32,000 nt of DNA from Ktedonobacterales bacterium (lineage in GTDB: Bacteria > Chloroflexota > Ktedonobacteria > Ktedonobacterales > JADMIN01): positions 510,001 to 542,000 of the forward strand of contig CP126532.1 in the NCBI GenBank assembly GCA_030167145.1. The letters are read 5' to 3'. Every line of letters starts with the position of its first letter. Within the stretch, counting starts at the first letter, position 1. This document shows, in pieces, positions 23,422-32,000 of this stretch. A model generated the notes under the pieces. The model did no database searches and was not told the origin of the DNA. It saw only the letters and a list, made by a program, of their open reading frames with translations. A program made the translations under genes and the position numbers.

Positions 23422-26400
23422 CTACGCCAATACGAGAGCGTCTTCGACCACGTGGGTCTCGCCATTGCGCTTCTCAAGGCAGACGACGCTATCCAGCCCT
23501 TGCTCGAACGTATCGTCGTGGCTGATAACGAACAACTGGTCGAAGCCGCGCACGCGGCGAATTTGTTCGGCCAGATTGCCACGTCGTTCGCCATCCATAT
23601 TCTGGGTTGGCTCGTCGAAGAAGGCGATGTCCAGCCGCGTGAGGTGGCGCAAGAGCGCCAGCCGCACGGCGAGCGCGGCGCTCATCTGCTCGCCGCCGCT
23701 GAGTTGGGCAAAGGTACGCTCTTTGCCATCGCGGCGCAGGATGACCTCATAGTCGTTGGTCCAGGCCAGTTCTGCAGAGCGGTCGCCCATGATCTCGCCG
23801 AAGATGCGATTGGCCACGGCAGAGATCTGGCGCAAGCGCGCTTTGGTGACGTTTGGCCCCGCTTCCTTGATGGTTTCGCGGAACTGCTGCAGCATCTTTT
23901 CCAGATCTTTCAACGATTCCAGATCTCGCCGTGCGACGTCTAGCTCATCAAGCATCGCTTCTGCCCTGGAAATCTGGCCAGCGAGGTCGGCGCTCAGCTT
24001 CTGGGAGTAGCGCAGGTCACTGGTGATGCGCTCGCGGTCCATACTGATCTGACTCGCCTCGGCGGTCACGCGCGCCAGTTCATCGGCGTCGAAGCTGGCG
24101 CACCCATGCTCATACGCTGCCGTCGCAGCATCGGCTGCGGCGCGTGCGCTCTGCGCTTCGGCCGCCATCTGCGCCAGATGCGCCGCGCGCGCTGCTAATT
24201 GCGCCGCCGCCTGCTCGTAACGCAGATAGCGTGTGTGGTCATCGCGCGTGCGCGCAATCTCGTCCTGGAGCGAGCGTAGTTCGTCGTCCAATCCGGCGAA
24301 AGGAGCCAGCGCGGTTTCTAAGGTGGTAAGCTCTTGCCGCCGCTTGTCTACGCGCTGTTCCGCGCCCACCACGTTCGCTTCCATCTGCGGGCGGAGACGC
24401 GCGGTTGGCTCCAGACCAGTGGACTCGTTGCGCGGATCGCCTAGCGCGGCAAGCTCTTGCTGGATGGCGCTGTGCGCCGCAGGCGCGCCGTCCAGTGCGC
24501 GCGCCTGCTCATGGTACGCGGCAAGCTCACCGGCGATTGTCGTGGCGCGCTCGCGCAGGCGGCTGATCTCGGCCTGAAGCGGGCCAATCTCGCGCAACTG
24601 CTTATCGGCGTCGTCGCTTTGCTTGAACTCCTGCTGCGCCGCCGCGAGGTCGCTGGCGTTCGGGCTGCTGGCAATCCACTGCTCAAACTCCGCTCGCTCA
24701 TCAGCCAGGCGCTTCAAGCGGTCGTCGAGGTCGTCGAGCTGCTCGCTGCATTGACGATGATACTCTTCGCGCTGTGGCAATTGATCGTAATAGCGGCGCT
24801 TATTGCGCGCCTTGTCGAGTTGTTTGGCGCTAGCTTCCAATTGCGCACGGACTGGCGCGAGCGCGCGTTCATCCTCGGTGATGCGCCGGTCAAAGAAGGT
24901 CACGAGGCTATTTTCGCCGCGCTGCTGGATGTTCAGGCAGGCTTCGCCGAGAAACGGACATGTGCCGGAGCCAGTTTGCTCACGTGAGGCGCGATGTTGA
25001 TCCCGCTGCACCTCAAGTTTGTGGACTTCGGCTTGAAGGCGGCTCCATTCCGCTTCAAGTGCGGGAACTTGCTCTGCTTCCGCTTGAAGCTCGTGGGTCT
25101 TGCGGAGATTCTCCGCCGCTTTGGCCACATCCGCAGCAGCTTTCTCACGCGCTGGCGTGAGCTTGGCCTGCTCGGCGATGACCTGCGCGAGTCGGGACTT
25201 GCGTTCGCTCGTTTGCGCGCGAATCGCCTGCAACATCGTCACCCGCTCGCGTCGCGCTTCCAGCAGCGCCGCAATTGGCCGTGATTGCTCCAATGTCGCG
25301 ATCTCGCGCTCGTTCGCGGCGATGTCGGCGGCCACGCGCTCGCGCTCACGGTCGGCCTTTTCGATACCCCGGCGCGTCTCTTCTAGCTGGCGTACCTGCT
25401 GGCGCGCTTCTTCGCCTGCGCGCTCCGCCTCGCCCTGGCGGGTAACCGCAGGGAACAGTTCAACAATGCGCTGCTCAGCGCGGCGGGCCTCAGCCAGCCG
25501 GGCGCGCAGATGATCGAGATCGCGGCTCTCGCCTTCCAGGCGCTGCGCGGTATCGGAGCGCTGCTGTGCGATGCGGTCCCGCTCGCGCGCCCGTTCTTGC
25601 GCGGATGCCACCTGCGTCTGCGCCGCCATGTGCGCCACGTGGCCTGGCTGCGCTTCGGCGCAGGCGGCAGCGGCCTCGTGGGCCTCCTCATGGCGCTGGG
25701 TCGCGTCACGCTGGCGTTCTCCCGCGATGTCGGCCTTTTCGGCGGCAAGCTGCGCTGCGCTCTTGAGATGTTCCACCGCTTCGCGCTGGGCCGTCAGTTC
25801 CGTGCGCCGTGCCACGATTTCTTTCTCACGCTGCTGGCGGTGGTCAAGTTCCGCAGCTAGCTCGCGCTCGCGCCGCTGCTGCTGCGCCAGTTCCGTTCGC
25901 CAGCCATCAAGCTGATTCGTCTCGCGCTCCAAATTGCCAATGCGTTTTTCCGCCGCATGCTGCTCATCGCGCAAATAGGTGCGCGCATCGGCTAGATTGT
26001 CTGCCGCTTTGCGGTACTCCTCCACCTGGAGAAGGGCGTCGAATTTCTTCTTGCGATTGGTCGGTGTGAGGAGAAAATCAGCGGTAAAGGTGCCTTGTGG
26101 CACGCCCAACGCATCGAAAAAGAGTTCCTTCAGTGTGATCTCGCTCTCCAGTCGCAAGTGCTTGCGGAGGAAATCCATCACATCGGCCTTCTGCTCTGCC
26201 GAGCGTGAGCGCAGATCGGGATCAAAGACATACCATTGGGGATTCGCGCCACAGCGCCGCACGACCTGATATTCTCGTTCGTCGAGCGCGGAGAGAAAGG
26301 AAATCGTGACCGTGCCAGCGCGCTCGCCCTCGCGCACGAACTGCGCATGGTCGTAGGGCAGCGCATCGAACAGCGCAAAGCCAATGGCTTCGACGAGGGT

Positions 26401-26511
26401 GGACTTACCCGCGCCATTGTGGCCACGGATGGCGATAGTGCCAGATTGCAATGGAATGCTTACATGGCGATAGCTCTTGATGTTTTCAAGCTGGATTTTG
26501 GTGATTCGCAC
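23422..26511 (-). CDS. Rad50/SbcC-like SMC-family ATPase with a long coiled coil
   Basis: Contains Walker A GHNGAGKSTL, about 750 aa of A/E/R/Q-rich coiled coil, the signature LSGGEQ, Walker B DIAFFDEPT and H-loop VISHD. A mid-molecule Cys pair, CPFLGEAC, is present. I chose the GTG at 26511 (VRITKIQLENIKSY); the ORF TTG at 26556 is less likely. Confidence 0.85.
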   Translation of the reverse strand: MRITKIQLENIKSYRHVSIPLQSGTIAIRGHNGAGKSTLVEAIGFALFDALPYDHAQFVREGERAGTVTISFLSALDEREYQVVRRCGANPQWYVFDPDLRSRSAEQKADVMDFLRKHLRLESEITLKELFFDALGVPQGTFTADFLLTPTNRKKKFDALLQVEEYRKAADNLADARTYLRDEQHAAEKRIGNLERETNQLDGWRTELAQQQRRERELAAELDHRQQREKEIVARRTELTAQREAVEHLKSAAQLAAEKADIAGERQRDATQRHEEAHEAAAACAEAQPGHVAHMAAQTQVASAQERARERDRIAQQRSDTAQRLEGESRDLDHLRARLAEARRAEQRIVELFPAVTRQGEAERAGEEARQQVRQLEETRRGIEKADRERERVAADIAANEREIATLEQSRPIAALLEARRERVTMLQAIRAQTSERKSRLAQVIAEQAKLTPAREKAAADVAKAAENLRKTHELQAEAEQVPALEAEWSRLQAEVHKLEVQRDQHRASREQTGSGTCPFLGEACLNIQQRGENSLVTFFDRRITEDERALAPVRAQLEASAKQLDKARNKRRYYDQLPQREEYHRQCSEQLDDLDDRLKRLADERAEFEQWIASSPNASDLAAAQQEFKQSDDADKQLREIGPLQAEISRLRERATTIAGELAAYHEQARALDGAPAAHSAIQQELAALGDPRNESTGLEPTARLRPQMEANVVGAEQRVDKRRQELTTLETALAPFAGLDDELRSLQDEIARTRDDHTRYLRYEQAAAQLAARAAHLAQMAAEAQSARAAADAATAAYEHGCASFDADELARVTAEASQISMDRERITSDLRYSQKLSADLAGQISRAEAMLDELDVARRDLESLKDLEKMLQQFRETIKEAGPNVTKARLRQISAVANRIFGEIMGDRSAELAWTNDYEVILRRDGKERTFAQLSGGEQMSAALAVRLALLRHLTRLDIAFFDEPTQNMDGERRGNLAEQIRRVRGFDQLFVISHDDTFEQGLDSVVCLEKRNGETHVVEDALVLA

Positions 26512-26649
26512 GGCGCCTTGCGCTCCCTTTCGCGTCGGATAAAGGAGATAGTGCAATACTCACTGTTTCCGGCATGTGGCCCGAAAACCGGAAAGGCCAC
26601 ATCTAACAGACTGATACGGTCATATGTTCTAGCGAAACTATACCACCGA

Positions 26650-26670
26650 TGGTCACACAGCATGTGACCA
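26650..26670. promoter_or_regulatory. perfect 8-bp-arm palindrome (candidate operator) in a divergent promoter region
   Basis: TGGTCACA-CAGCA-TGTGACCA. It lies 107 nt upstream of the gluconokinase ATG and 139 nt upstream of the Rad50-like GTG, in a visibly AT-richer spacer. Confidence 0.35.
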
Positions 26671-26776
26671 CCAGAAGTTTGACCGGAGGGCATAACTGTC
26701 CACCACATTGGCGTACATTATGCGACCAAACGCCGGACATGCGTAACCAGCATGGCGGGAAGGGCGGGGAATATTT

Positions 26777-28300
26777 ATGAGTAGCCAGCAAAGTTGCACC
26801 ATCGGTGTAGACATGGGCACGACGAATGTCAAGGTGATCGCGCTTGATTCAAGTGGACGCGAGATCGCGCGGGCAACGGAACATGTGCCTCTGGAACACG
26901 CTGCCACCGGCGCGGCAGAGCAAGATCCTCGCGTAGTCTATGAGATGGTGACCAGCACACTGGTACACGTAGCCCAGACCGCATATCAGTTCGGCTACAC
27001 CGTGAGATGTGTGGGCGTAAGTGCGGCGCTGCACAGCATGATCCCTGTAGCGGCGGATGGCACACCGCTGATGCCCGCGCTCATCTGGATGGACACGCGC
27101 GCCAGAAATGAGGCAGAGGCGCTGGCGGCGACAAGCATGGGGAAGGAACTCTACGTGCGCACTGGCACGCCGATTCATCCGATGACGCCGCTGGCCAAGC
27201 TGCTCTGGCTGCGCGCGAGCCAGCCACATGTGCTGCATGCGGCCTACAAGTTCGTCTCGCTGAAGGAGTGGCTCTGGTATCAGTGGTTCGGCGAATGGGT
27301 GGCCGATGAATCCCTTGCCAGCGCGACCGGGCTGTATAACCTGCGCGAGCGTGCATGGGACGCCGGAGCGATGGCGCTGGCGGGCATTGCGCGCGAACAG
27401 CTCTCGCCAATTGTGCCAGCCACCTATAGCCAGCGCGACATACGCGATGGACGTTTGCGGGTGGCGGGCATTACGCCGGATACCGTGTTTGTCGTGGGTG
27501 GGGGTGATGGTCAACTCGCCAATCTCGGCGTCGGGGCGATTGATGAGTCTGCGCTGGTATTGACCATCGGAACCAGCCTGGCGGTGCGTGCTGGCACACA
27601 TGCGCCTATCACCGATGCGGCCACGCAGATGTTCTGCTATGTGTTGGCGGAAGATCACTATATCGTGGGCGGACCGAGCAATAGTGGTGGCATCGTCCTC
27701 GAATGGCTGTGTGGGACGCTGCTCGGTAACAGGCCGGCCACACCGAACGATGGCGGACTCGCCGCCCTGATTCAGGCGGCGGGCGCGGCACGTACTGACG
27801 TGCTGCTGTGTCTGCCCTACATCACGGGAGAGCGTGCGCCCCTCTGGAGGGCTGAGGCGAAGGGTGTCTTCTGGGGGCTGACGCTGGAAGACGACGCTCC
27901 CCGGCTGATGCGCGCGGCTATCGAGGGCATCGTGTTCAATGCGCGCTGGATCGCGTCGGGTGTCTTCGCGCGGCTCGGCGTGCCCGCGCGCATCGTCGCG
28001 ACTGGCAAGGTGCTGGAACAGCCATGGGTGCGGCAGTTGGTGGCGGATGTCTTCGGACTGCCCGTCGAGTTCCCTGGCGCGGTGGACGCTTCGGCGCTGG
28101 GGGCGGTGGCAATCGCGAATATCGCCACCGGGCAGGAACGCTGGGAAGATGTGTCGCGCCGGCGACAGTATGAGGCACAGCAGACGTGGCTGGCGCAGCC
28201 GTCACCTGAGCAGGAACGCTATCAGCGGAAGTTCGCGCGGTTCCAGCGACTGGCAACCGAGGTGACGACACATCTAGCCAGTCTCTATCTGGAGACGTGA
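26777..28300 (+). CDS. gntK: FGGY-family carbohydrate kinase, gluconokinase-like
   Basis: 507 aa. Contains IGVDMGTTNVKVIALD, YVRTGTPIHPMTPLAKLLW, SLASATGLYNL, GGPSNSGGIVLEW and YITGERAPLW. As I recall it, these closely parallel Bacillus-type GntK. Confidence 0.8.
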   Translation: MSSQQSCTIGVDMGTTNVKVIALDSSGREIARATEHVPLEHAATGAAEQDPRVVYEMVTSTLVHVAQTAYQFGYTVRCVGVSAALHSMIPVAADGTPLMPALIWMDTRARNEAEALAATSMGKELYVRTGTPIHPMTPLAKLLWLRASQPHVLHAAYKFVSLKEWLWYQWFGEWVADESLASATGLYNLRERAWDAGAMALAGIAREQLSPIVPATYSQRDIRDGRLRVAGITPDTVFVVGGGDGQLANLGVGAIDESALVLTIGTSLAVRAGTHAPITDAATQMFCYVLAEDHYIVGGPSNSGGIVLEWLCGTLLGNRPATPNDGGLAALIQAAGAARTDVLLCLPYITGERAPLWRAEAKGVFWGLTLEDDAPRLMRAAIEGIVFNARWIASGVFARLGVPARIVATGKVLEQPWVRQLVADVFGLPVEFPGAVDASALGAVAIANIATGQERWEDVSRRRQYEAQQTWLAQPSPEQERYQRKFARFQRLATEVTTHLASLYLET

Positions 28301-28415
28301 CACGAATACCCTACGTAGGCCCACATGCCCATGGGTTCTACGTTCAGCATGGTGCAGGTAGAATGTGCATACAGGTGATACTGCCACCGGCTGGCTACGC
28401 GCGAAGTGGGGCGAC

Positions 28416-29303
28416 ATGAACGGCGATATGAAACAAGCGAAATACGGCACAGGTGAACGCTGGCTTGGGTTGGGACTGATCTTGCTCTCGGCGGCGGCCT
28501 TCGGCTCGACATCGATCTTAGCGCGGCTGGCCTTCGCGGCGGGGTCGGATACGCTCACGGTGCTGTTTGTGCGCTTTGCGCTGGCGACGGCGGTGTTGAT
28601 GACGATTATGCTCGTTAAGCGCATGCCCTTGCCAAGCGGGCGCATCCTCATCGGCTTGATCGCTCTGGGAATGATCGGGCGTGCGGGCCAGGGGGTCGCG
28701 TATTTCACCGCGCTGACGCTTGCGCCAGCCGGACTAGTGGCGCTGCTGCTGTATTTGTACCCGGCGCTGGTCACGCTGCTGGCGGTGATCTTTCTCCGCG
28801 AAAAGTTGACAGCGATTAAGGCGGGCGCGGTGCTGGTGGCGCTGGCGGGGACGGCGCTCGCCGTTGGGCCAGAGGCGGGTGGGCGTCCGCTTGGCATCGT
28901 CCTGGGCCTGCTGACAGCGGCGGTATACGCGGTATACATCATCGTCAGCAGCCACATCACCCGTTATGCGGGCGCGTTTGTGGCATCTACGGTAATCGTC
29001 GCGGCAACAGCGCTGAGCTATGGTGGCCTCGTCGCGGTGCATGGGGCGACGTGGCCCAGTACGGCGCTGGGGTGGGCGGCAATCGTCGTGATGGCGCTGT
29101 TCTCGACCGTGGTGGGCACGGTGAGCTTCTTCGCTGGCCTGCAACGGGTGGGGCCGACGAACGCGGCGACGCTCTCCACGTTTGAGCCAGTGGTGACGGT
29201 GGCGCTGGCCGCGCTGGTGCTGGGCGAGGCGCTCGCGCCGGTGCAACTGGTCGGCGGCGCGCTGATTCTGCTGGCAGTGCTGGTGCTCGCGCGGAAAGGG
29301 TGA
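28416..29303 (+). CDS. DMT-superfamily (EamA-like) transporter
   Basis: About 10 TM segments in two EamA-like halves (SILARLAF..., YLYPALVTLLAVIFLREKL, FEPVVTVALAALVLGEAL). The start is uncertain: ATG 28416, ATG 28428 or GTG 28365. Confidence 0.8.
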   Translation: MNGDMKQAKYGTGERWLGLGLILLSAAAFGSTSILARLAFAAGSDTLTVLFVRFALATAVLMTIMLVKRMPLPSGRILIGLIALGMIGRAGQGVAYFTALTLAPAGLVALLLYLYPALVTLLAVIFLREKLTAIKAGAVLVALAGTALAVGPEAGGRPLGIVLGLLTAAVYAVYIIVSSHITRYAGAFVASTVIVAATALSYGGLVAVHGATWPSTALGWAAIVVMALFSTVVGTVSFFAGLQRVGPTNAATLSTFEPVVTVALAALVLGEALAPVQLVGGALILLAVLVLARKG

Positions 29304-29315
29304 GCGTGCGCTCTC

Positions 29316-31478
29316 TCACAGATCATCTGCTGCATCGTCCACATCGCCGGCCAGGGATGTATCCACACCCTCATCCTCATCTCCGTCCAGGGACTCGCTA
29401 TCGTCGTCTTCCACAGGTTGCCACGCGGCAAGCAGCACTTCGGTGACGCGCCCGACAAAGGCGGCAATGTCATCCTCGGCGGTCAGGTCGCGGGGCAGGC
29501 GGAAGAAAGCGCGGTCGGTGTCATCGCTGTGATGATGAATCCAGCGGGCGATGATATTGATCTGGTCCACCTCTTCGCGCCCGACTTTGCCCGGCGGCGT
29601 GCCCAGCGTGGCAGCGGTGGTCAGAAGCATGCGTAGCTCACGCTCCACCGCATCGGGGGCGTTCGCCACACGGCGCAGGGCGGCGAGGCGGCCATGACGG
29701 ATGAGGAAGAGTTCACTGGCCTCTGGCTCGGCGGAGGGATAGACGATCAGCAGGTTGTTCGCCTCCACCGCGCCGGTCACGAGCCGCTGGCCCAGCAACA
29801 CCTGATCGGCGTCGCGCAGGGCATCGCGCAGGCGGGCGGCGCGTTCGAAGTCTTGCCGGGCGGCGGCCTCGAACATTTCGCGCTTCAGCCGGTCAATCAG
29901 GTCATCACGCTCGCCGCCCAGGAAGGCACAGGCTTCCAGCACAGCCGCGCGGTAGGCGTCCTGCCGCTCCATATCAAGCTCGCCCCGGCAAGGAGCCGGG
30001 CAGCGCTTCAGGTGGTAGCGCAGGCATGGCTCGCTTGGCGCTGCGCTGGGCGGCAGGCTGCGCGTGCAGGTGCGAATGGGGAAGACTTTCTGGATCAGTT
30101 CGATAGTCGCGTCCACGATGCGCCCGCTACGGAACGGGCCAAAGTAGCGTGCGCCGTCGGCGCTCACGTCGCGGGTGGCGTAGAATCGCGGATAGGGATG
30201 CTGCACATCCACTTTGATGAATGGATAATGCTCGTAGTTGCGAAGCTGAACGTTGTAGCGTGGTTGAAGCTGCTTGATGAGCTGCGATTCCACCAGCAGC
30301 GCTTCAAGTTCCGAGCCGAGGGTACGGGTCTCGATGGCGCGGACATTCTGCAACAGGCCGTCCATCTTGCGCGTGTACCCTAGCGGCTGGCTGTAATACG
30401 AGGCGAGCCGGTCGCGCAGGCATTTGGCCTTGCCAACGTAGATCACCTCGCCTGATTCGTCTTTCATCAAATAGACGCCGGGCTGCGTGGGAAACGACTG
30501 GCGCCACGCGGGATTGAGATACATTCTGCCGGTTGGGCGTGGCGCAGGCAGACTTTCACGGCGGTCGGGAGCGACACCATCCAGCACACGGTAGAGATCG
30601 GCGAGCGTCTCGCAGCCCTCCTCACGGGCGCGGGCCAGCAGCAGAACGAAAACTCTGGCGGTGACGCGCGCATCAGGCAGGGCACGGTGACGGTCGCGCG
30701 TGGGGATATGCAGCGCGGCGGCGACGCGGTCGAGGCTGGCGCGGCGCATGCCCGTCAGATAGCGGCGGGCGAGGGCAATGGTATCCACACCTTCCAGCGC
30801 GAAGGCAGGGGAAATGCCACAGCGGTCGGCCTCGAAGTTGAGAAAACTGAGGTCGAAACCGATGTTGTGGCCGACGATGGGCCGCTGGCCGATGAAGTCG
30901 CGTAGCTCTGGCAGCACCCTGGCAGCGGTGCGTGACCGGCGTACCATGGCTTCGCTGATGCCAGTGAACTTCGTGATAAATTGGGGGATGTGGCGTTCGG
31001 GATTGAGCAACCGCGAGTAGGTGACACCCAGCTCGCCGCCGCGCACCAGCACCACTCCAGCCTCGATTACCCGGTGACGACCCGGCGCAAGTCCTGTCGT
31101 TTCCACGTCCAGCACGGCGAATTCGACATCATCCAGGCTGAGCGCGGTGGCGTCCCAGGCGGTCAGCGCCCAGAAGCCGTCATCCGTTTGGGTGAAGAGC
31201 GGCGACGGACGAAGCAGTTGCTCAAGCATGCGCTCCCAGGGCGAGGCCAGGCCCGCTGGCAGCGCCACACCACCGAAGACATGGCGTGCGAGTTCGGCAC
31301 TAGCCAGGGGGGTATTCTGCGCCAAAAGCAGGTCGCGGGCGCGCGAGAGCAGTTCCCCTCCCTGCGCCGGTGCGGTATTATAGGGCGAAGCGATGTCCGC
31401 CGCTGGGCGTTCGTCGAACTCGTCATCGAGCGCATCCGCGTCGCCTGTGGGGCGCGGGCCGCGTGTCTGGCTGGACAT
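29316..31478 (-). CDS. DEDD 3'-5' exonuclease (DnaQ-like) fused to a GIY-YIG (Cho/UvrC N-terminal-like) nuclease domain
   Basis: Exo I FAVLDVETTGL, Exo II IVGHNIGFDLSFL, Exo III HRALPDARV. GIY-YIG region GVYLMKDESGEVIYVGKAKCLRDRLASY...LESQLIKQLQPRYN. There is an acidic C-terminal tail. I chose the ATG at 31478 (GGAAGGA upstream); the ORF extends to 31706. Confidence 0.85.
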   Translation of the reverse strand: MSSQTRGPRPTGDADALDDEFDERPAADIASPYNTAPAQGGELLSRARDLLLAQNTPLASAELARHVFGGVALPAGLASPWERMLEQLLRPSPLFTQTDDGFWALTAWDATALSLDDVEFAVLDVETTGLAPGRHRVIEAGVVLVRGGELGVTYSRLLNPERHIPQFITKFTGISEAMVRRSRTAARVLPELRDFIGQRPIVGHNIGFDLSFLNFEADRCGISPAFALEGVDTIALARRYLTGMRRASLDRVAAALHIPTRDRHRALPDARVTARVFVLLLARAREEGCETLADLYRVLDGVAPDRRESLPAPRPTGRMYLNPAWRQSFPTQPGVYLMKDESGEVIYVGKAKCLRDRLASYYSQPLGYTRKMDGLLQNVRAIETRTLGSELEALLVESQLIKQLQPRYNVQLRNYEHYPFIKVDVQHPYPRFYATRDVSADGARYFGPFRSGRIVDATIELIQKVFPIRTCTRSLPPSAAPSEPCLRYHLKRCPAPCRGELDMERQDAYRAAVLEACAFLGGERDDLIDRLKREMFEAAARQDFERAARLRDALRDADQVLLGQRLVTGAVEANNLLIVYPSAEPEASELFLIRHGRLAALRRVANAPDAVERELRMLLTTAATLGTPPGKVGREEVDQINIIARWIHHHSDDTDRAFFRLPRDLTAEDDIAAFVGRVTEVLLAAWQPVEDDDSESLDGDEDEGVDTSLAGDVDDAADDL

Positions 31479-31598
31479 CTGAAGCCTGTCCTTCCCGCGA
31501 CACTGCCGGGAGAATCGGGTCGCGGTGGGATGGAGCATAGCACAGGCGTTCGAGAGCGTCAACGAATCGGGCATTTTGAGAGTTGGAGGACCGGCTGG

Positions 31599-32000
31599 AT
31601 GGAGTTGCGCGAGATAACCAATGAGGCGGCATGGGATGCGCTGGTGGCGGGGCATCCATATGGGCATCCGTTGCAGTGCTGGGGTTGGGGCGAGGTCAAG
31701 CGACACTCAGGATGGCGCGCGTACCGGTTCGCCGTCTTCGCGGGTGAGACATTTCGCGCGGGGGCGCAGGTGCTGACGCGCCCATTCCCTGGCGTGCCGC
31801 TGGCGATGACCTACGCGCCGCGTGGTCCGGTTGCCCAGCCAGACGATGAAGAGACATTACGTACACTGGCAGAAGGGCTGCGCAAGCACGCGGCAACGCA
31901 GCACGCCATCTTCTGCAAGGTGGACCCGGCGTGGTCGGTAGGCACACCACATGCATTGCGCGAGGTGGGATTCCAGTCCGCCGCCGAAGGTGTGCAGGTG
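31599..32000 (+). CDS. FemAB-family peptidoglycan interpeptide-bridge aminoacyltransferase, N-terminal fragment (runs off the window; not in the ORF track)
   Basis: ATG at 31599 with GGAGGA 8 nt upstream. The frame is open for 134 codons to the window end. MELREITNEAAWDALVAGHPYGHPLQCWGWGEVKRHSGWRAYRFAV...MTYAPRGPV resembles FemX/FemAB N-termini. Confidence 0.6.
   Translation, partial: MELREITNEAAWDALVAGHPYGHPLQCWGWGEVKRHSGWRAYRFAVFAGETFRAGAQVLTRPFPGVPLAMTYAPRGPVAQPDDEETLRTLAEGLRKHAATQHAIFCKVDPAWSVGTPHALREVGFQSAAEGVQV

Noticed and set aside
22960-23943. 327-aa plus-strand ORF spanning the membrane-gene start, the spacer and the end of the Rad50-like gene
   Set aside because: It overlaps two well-supported minus-strand genes and has no family resemblance. 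It is a high-GC shadow ORF.
26557-26776. Search for a missing sbcD/mre11 or small partner gene upstream of the Rad50-like gene
   Set aside because: Only 62-84-aa ORFs of implausible composition and a 10-codon ORF created by a palindrome (ATGTGGCC...GGCCACATCTAA) occur there. The region looks like a divergent promoter spacer.
31479-31706. N-terminal 76-aa extension of the exonuclease/GIY-YIG ORF
   Set aside because: It would overlap the divergent FemAB-family gene start and its RBS. The ATG at 31478 has GGAAGGA upstream.

Overview
High-GC (about 53-68% in the stretches I counted by eye), densely coding bacterial chromosomal segment. I found no rRNA, tRNA, CRISPR array, transposase or integrase. 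I support about 24 protein genes. These include a crotonase fragment and a thiolase, an unlisted 50-aa Flp pilin behind a NarL-type response regulator, a class I FBP aldolase, and a 12-TM membrane protein. They also include a DUF3090-like protein, an MFS transporter, prmC, thrS, a LOR/SDH-family enzyme, a nucleotidyltransferase, a GlcE-like flavoenzyme and an MshA-like GT4 glycosyltransferase. The rest are a TPR protein with a Roadblock/LC7 protein, NurA, a membrane TPR/beta-sandwich protein, a Rad50/SbcC-like ATPase, gluconokinase, an EamA transporter, a DEDD-exonuclease/GIY-YIG fusion and the start of a FemAB-family gene. Three non-coding items stand out. One is a probable Thr-specific T-box leader (promoter, ACC specifier, T-box sequence, intrinsic terminator) upstream of a hypothetical-ORF plus thrS operon. 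Another is a dispersed REP-like hairpin family (core GGACA-GGAA-TGTCC) at three intergenic loci. The third is a five-copy 11-12 bp tandem array just upstream of a sigma70-like promoter. The most unusual gene arrangement is NurA, a membrane protein and an orphan Rad50/SbcC-like ATPase on one strand, with no Mre11/SbcD or HerA in the window. Gene content suggests Chloroflexota or a related Terrabacteria lineage, but that is inference only. All protein calls rest on motif recognition by eye; no database search was run.
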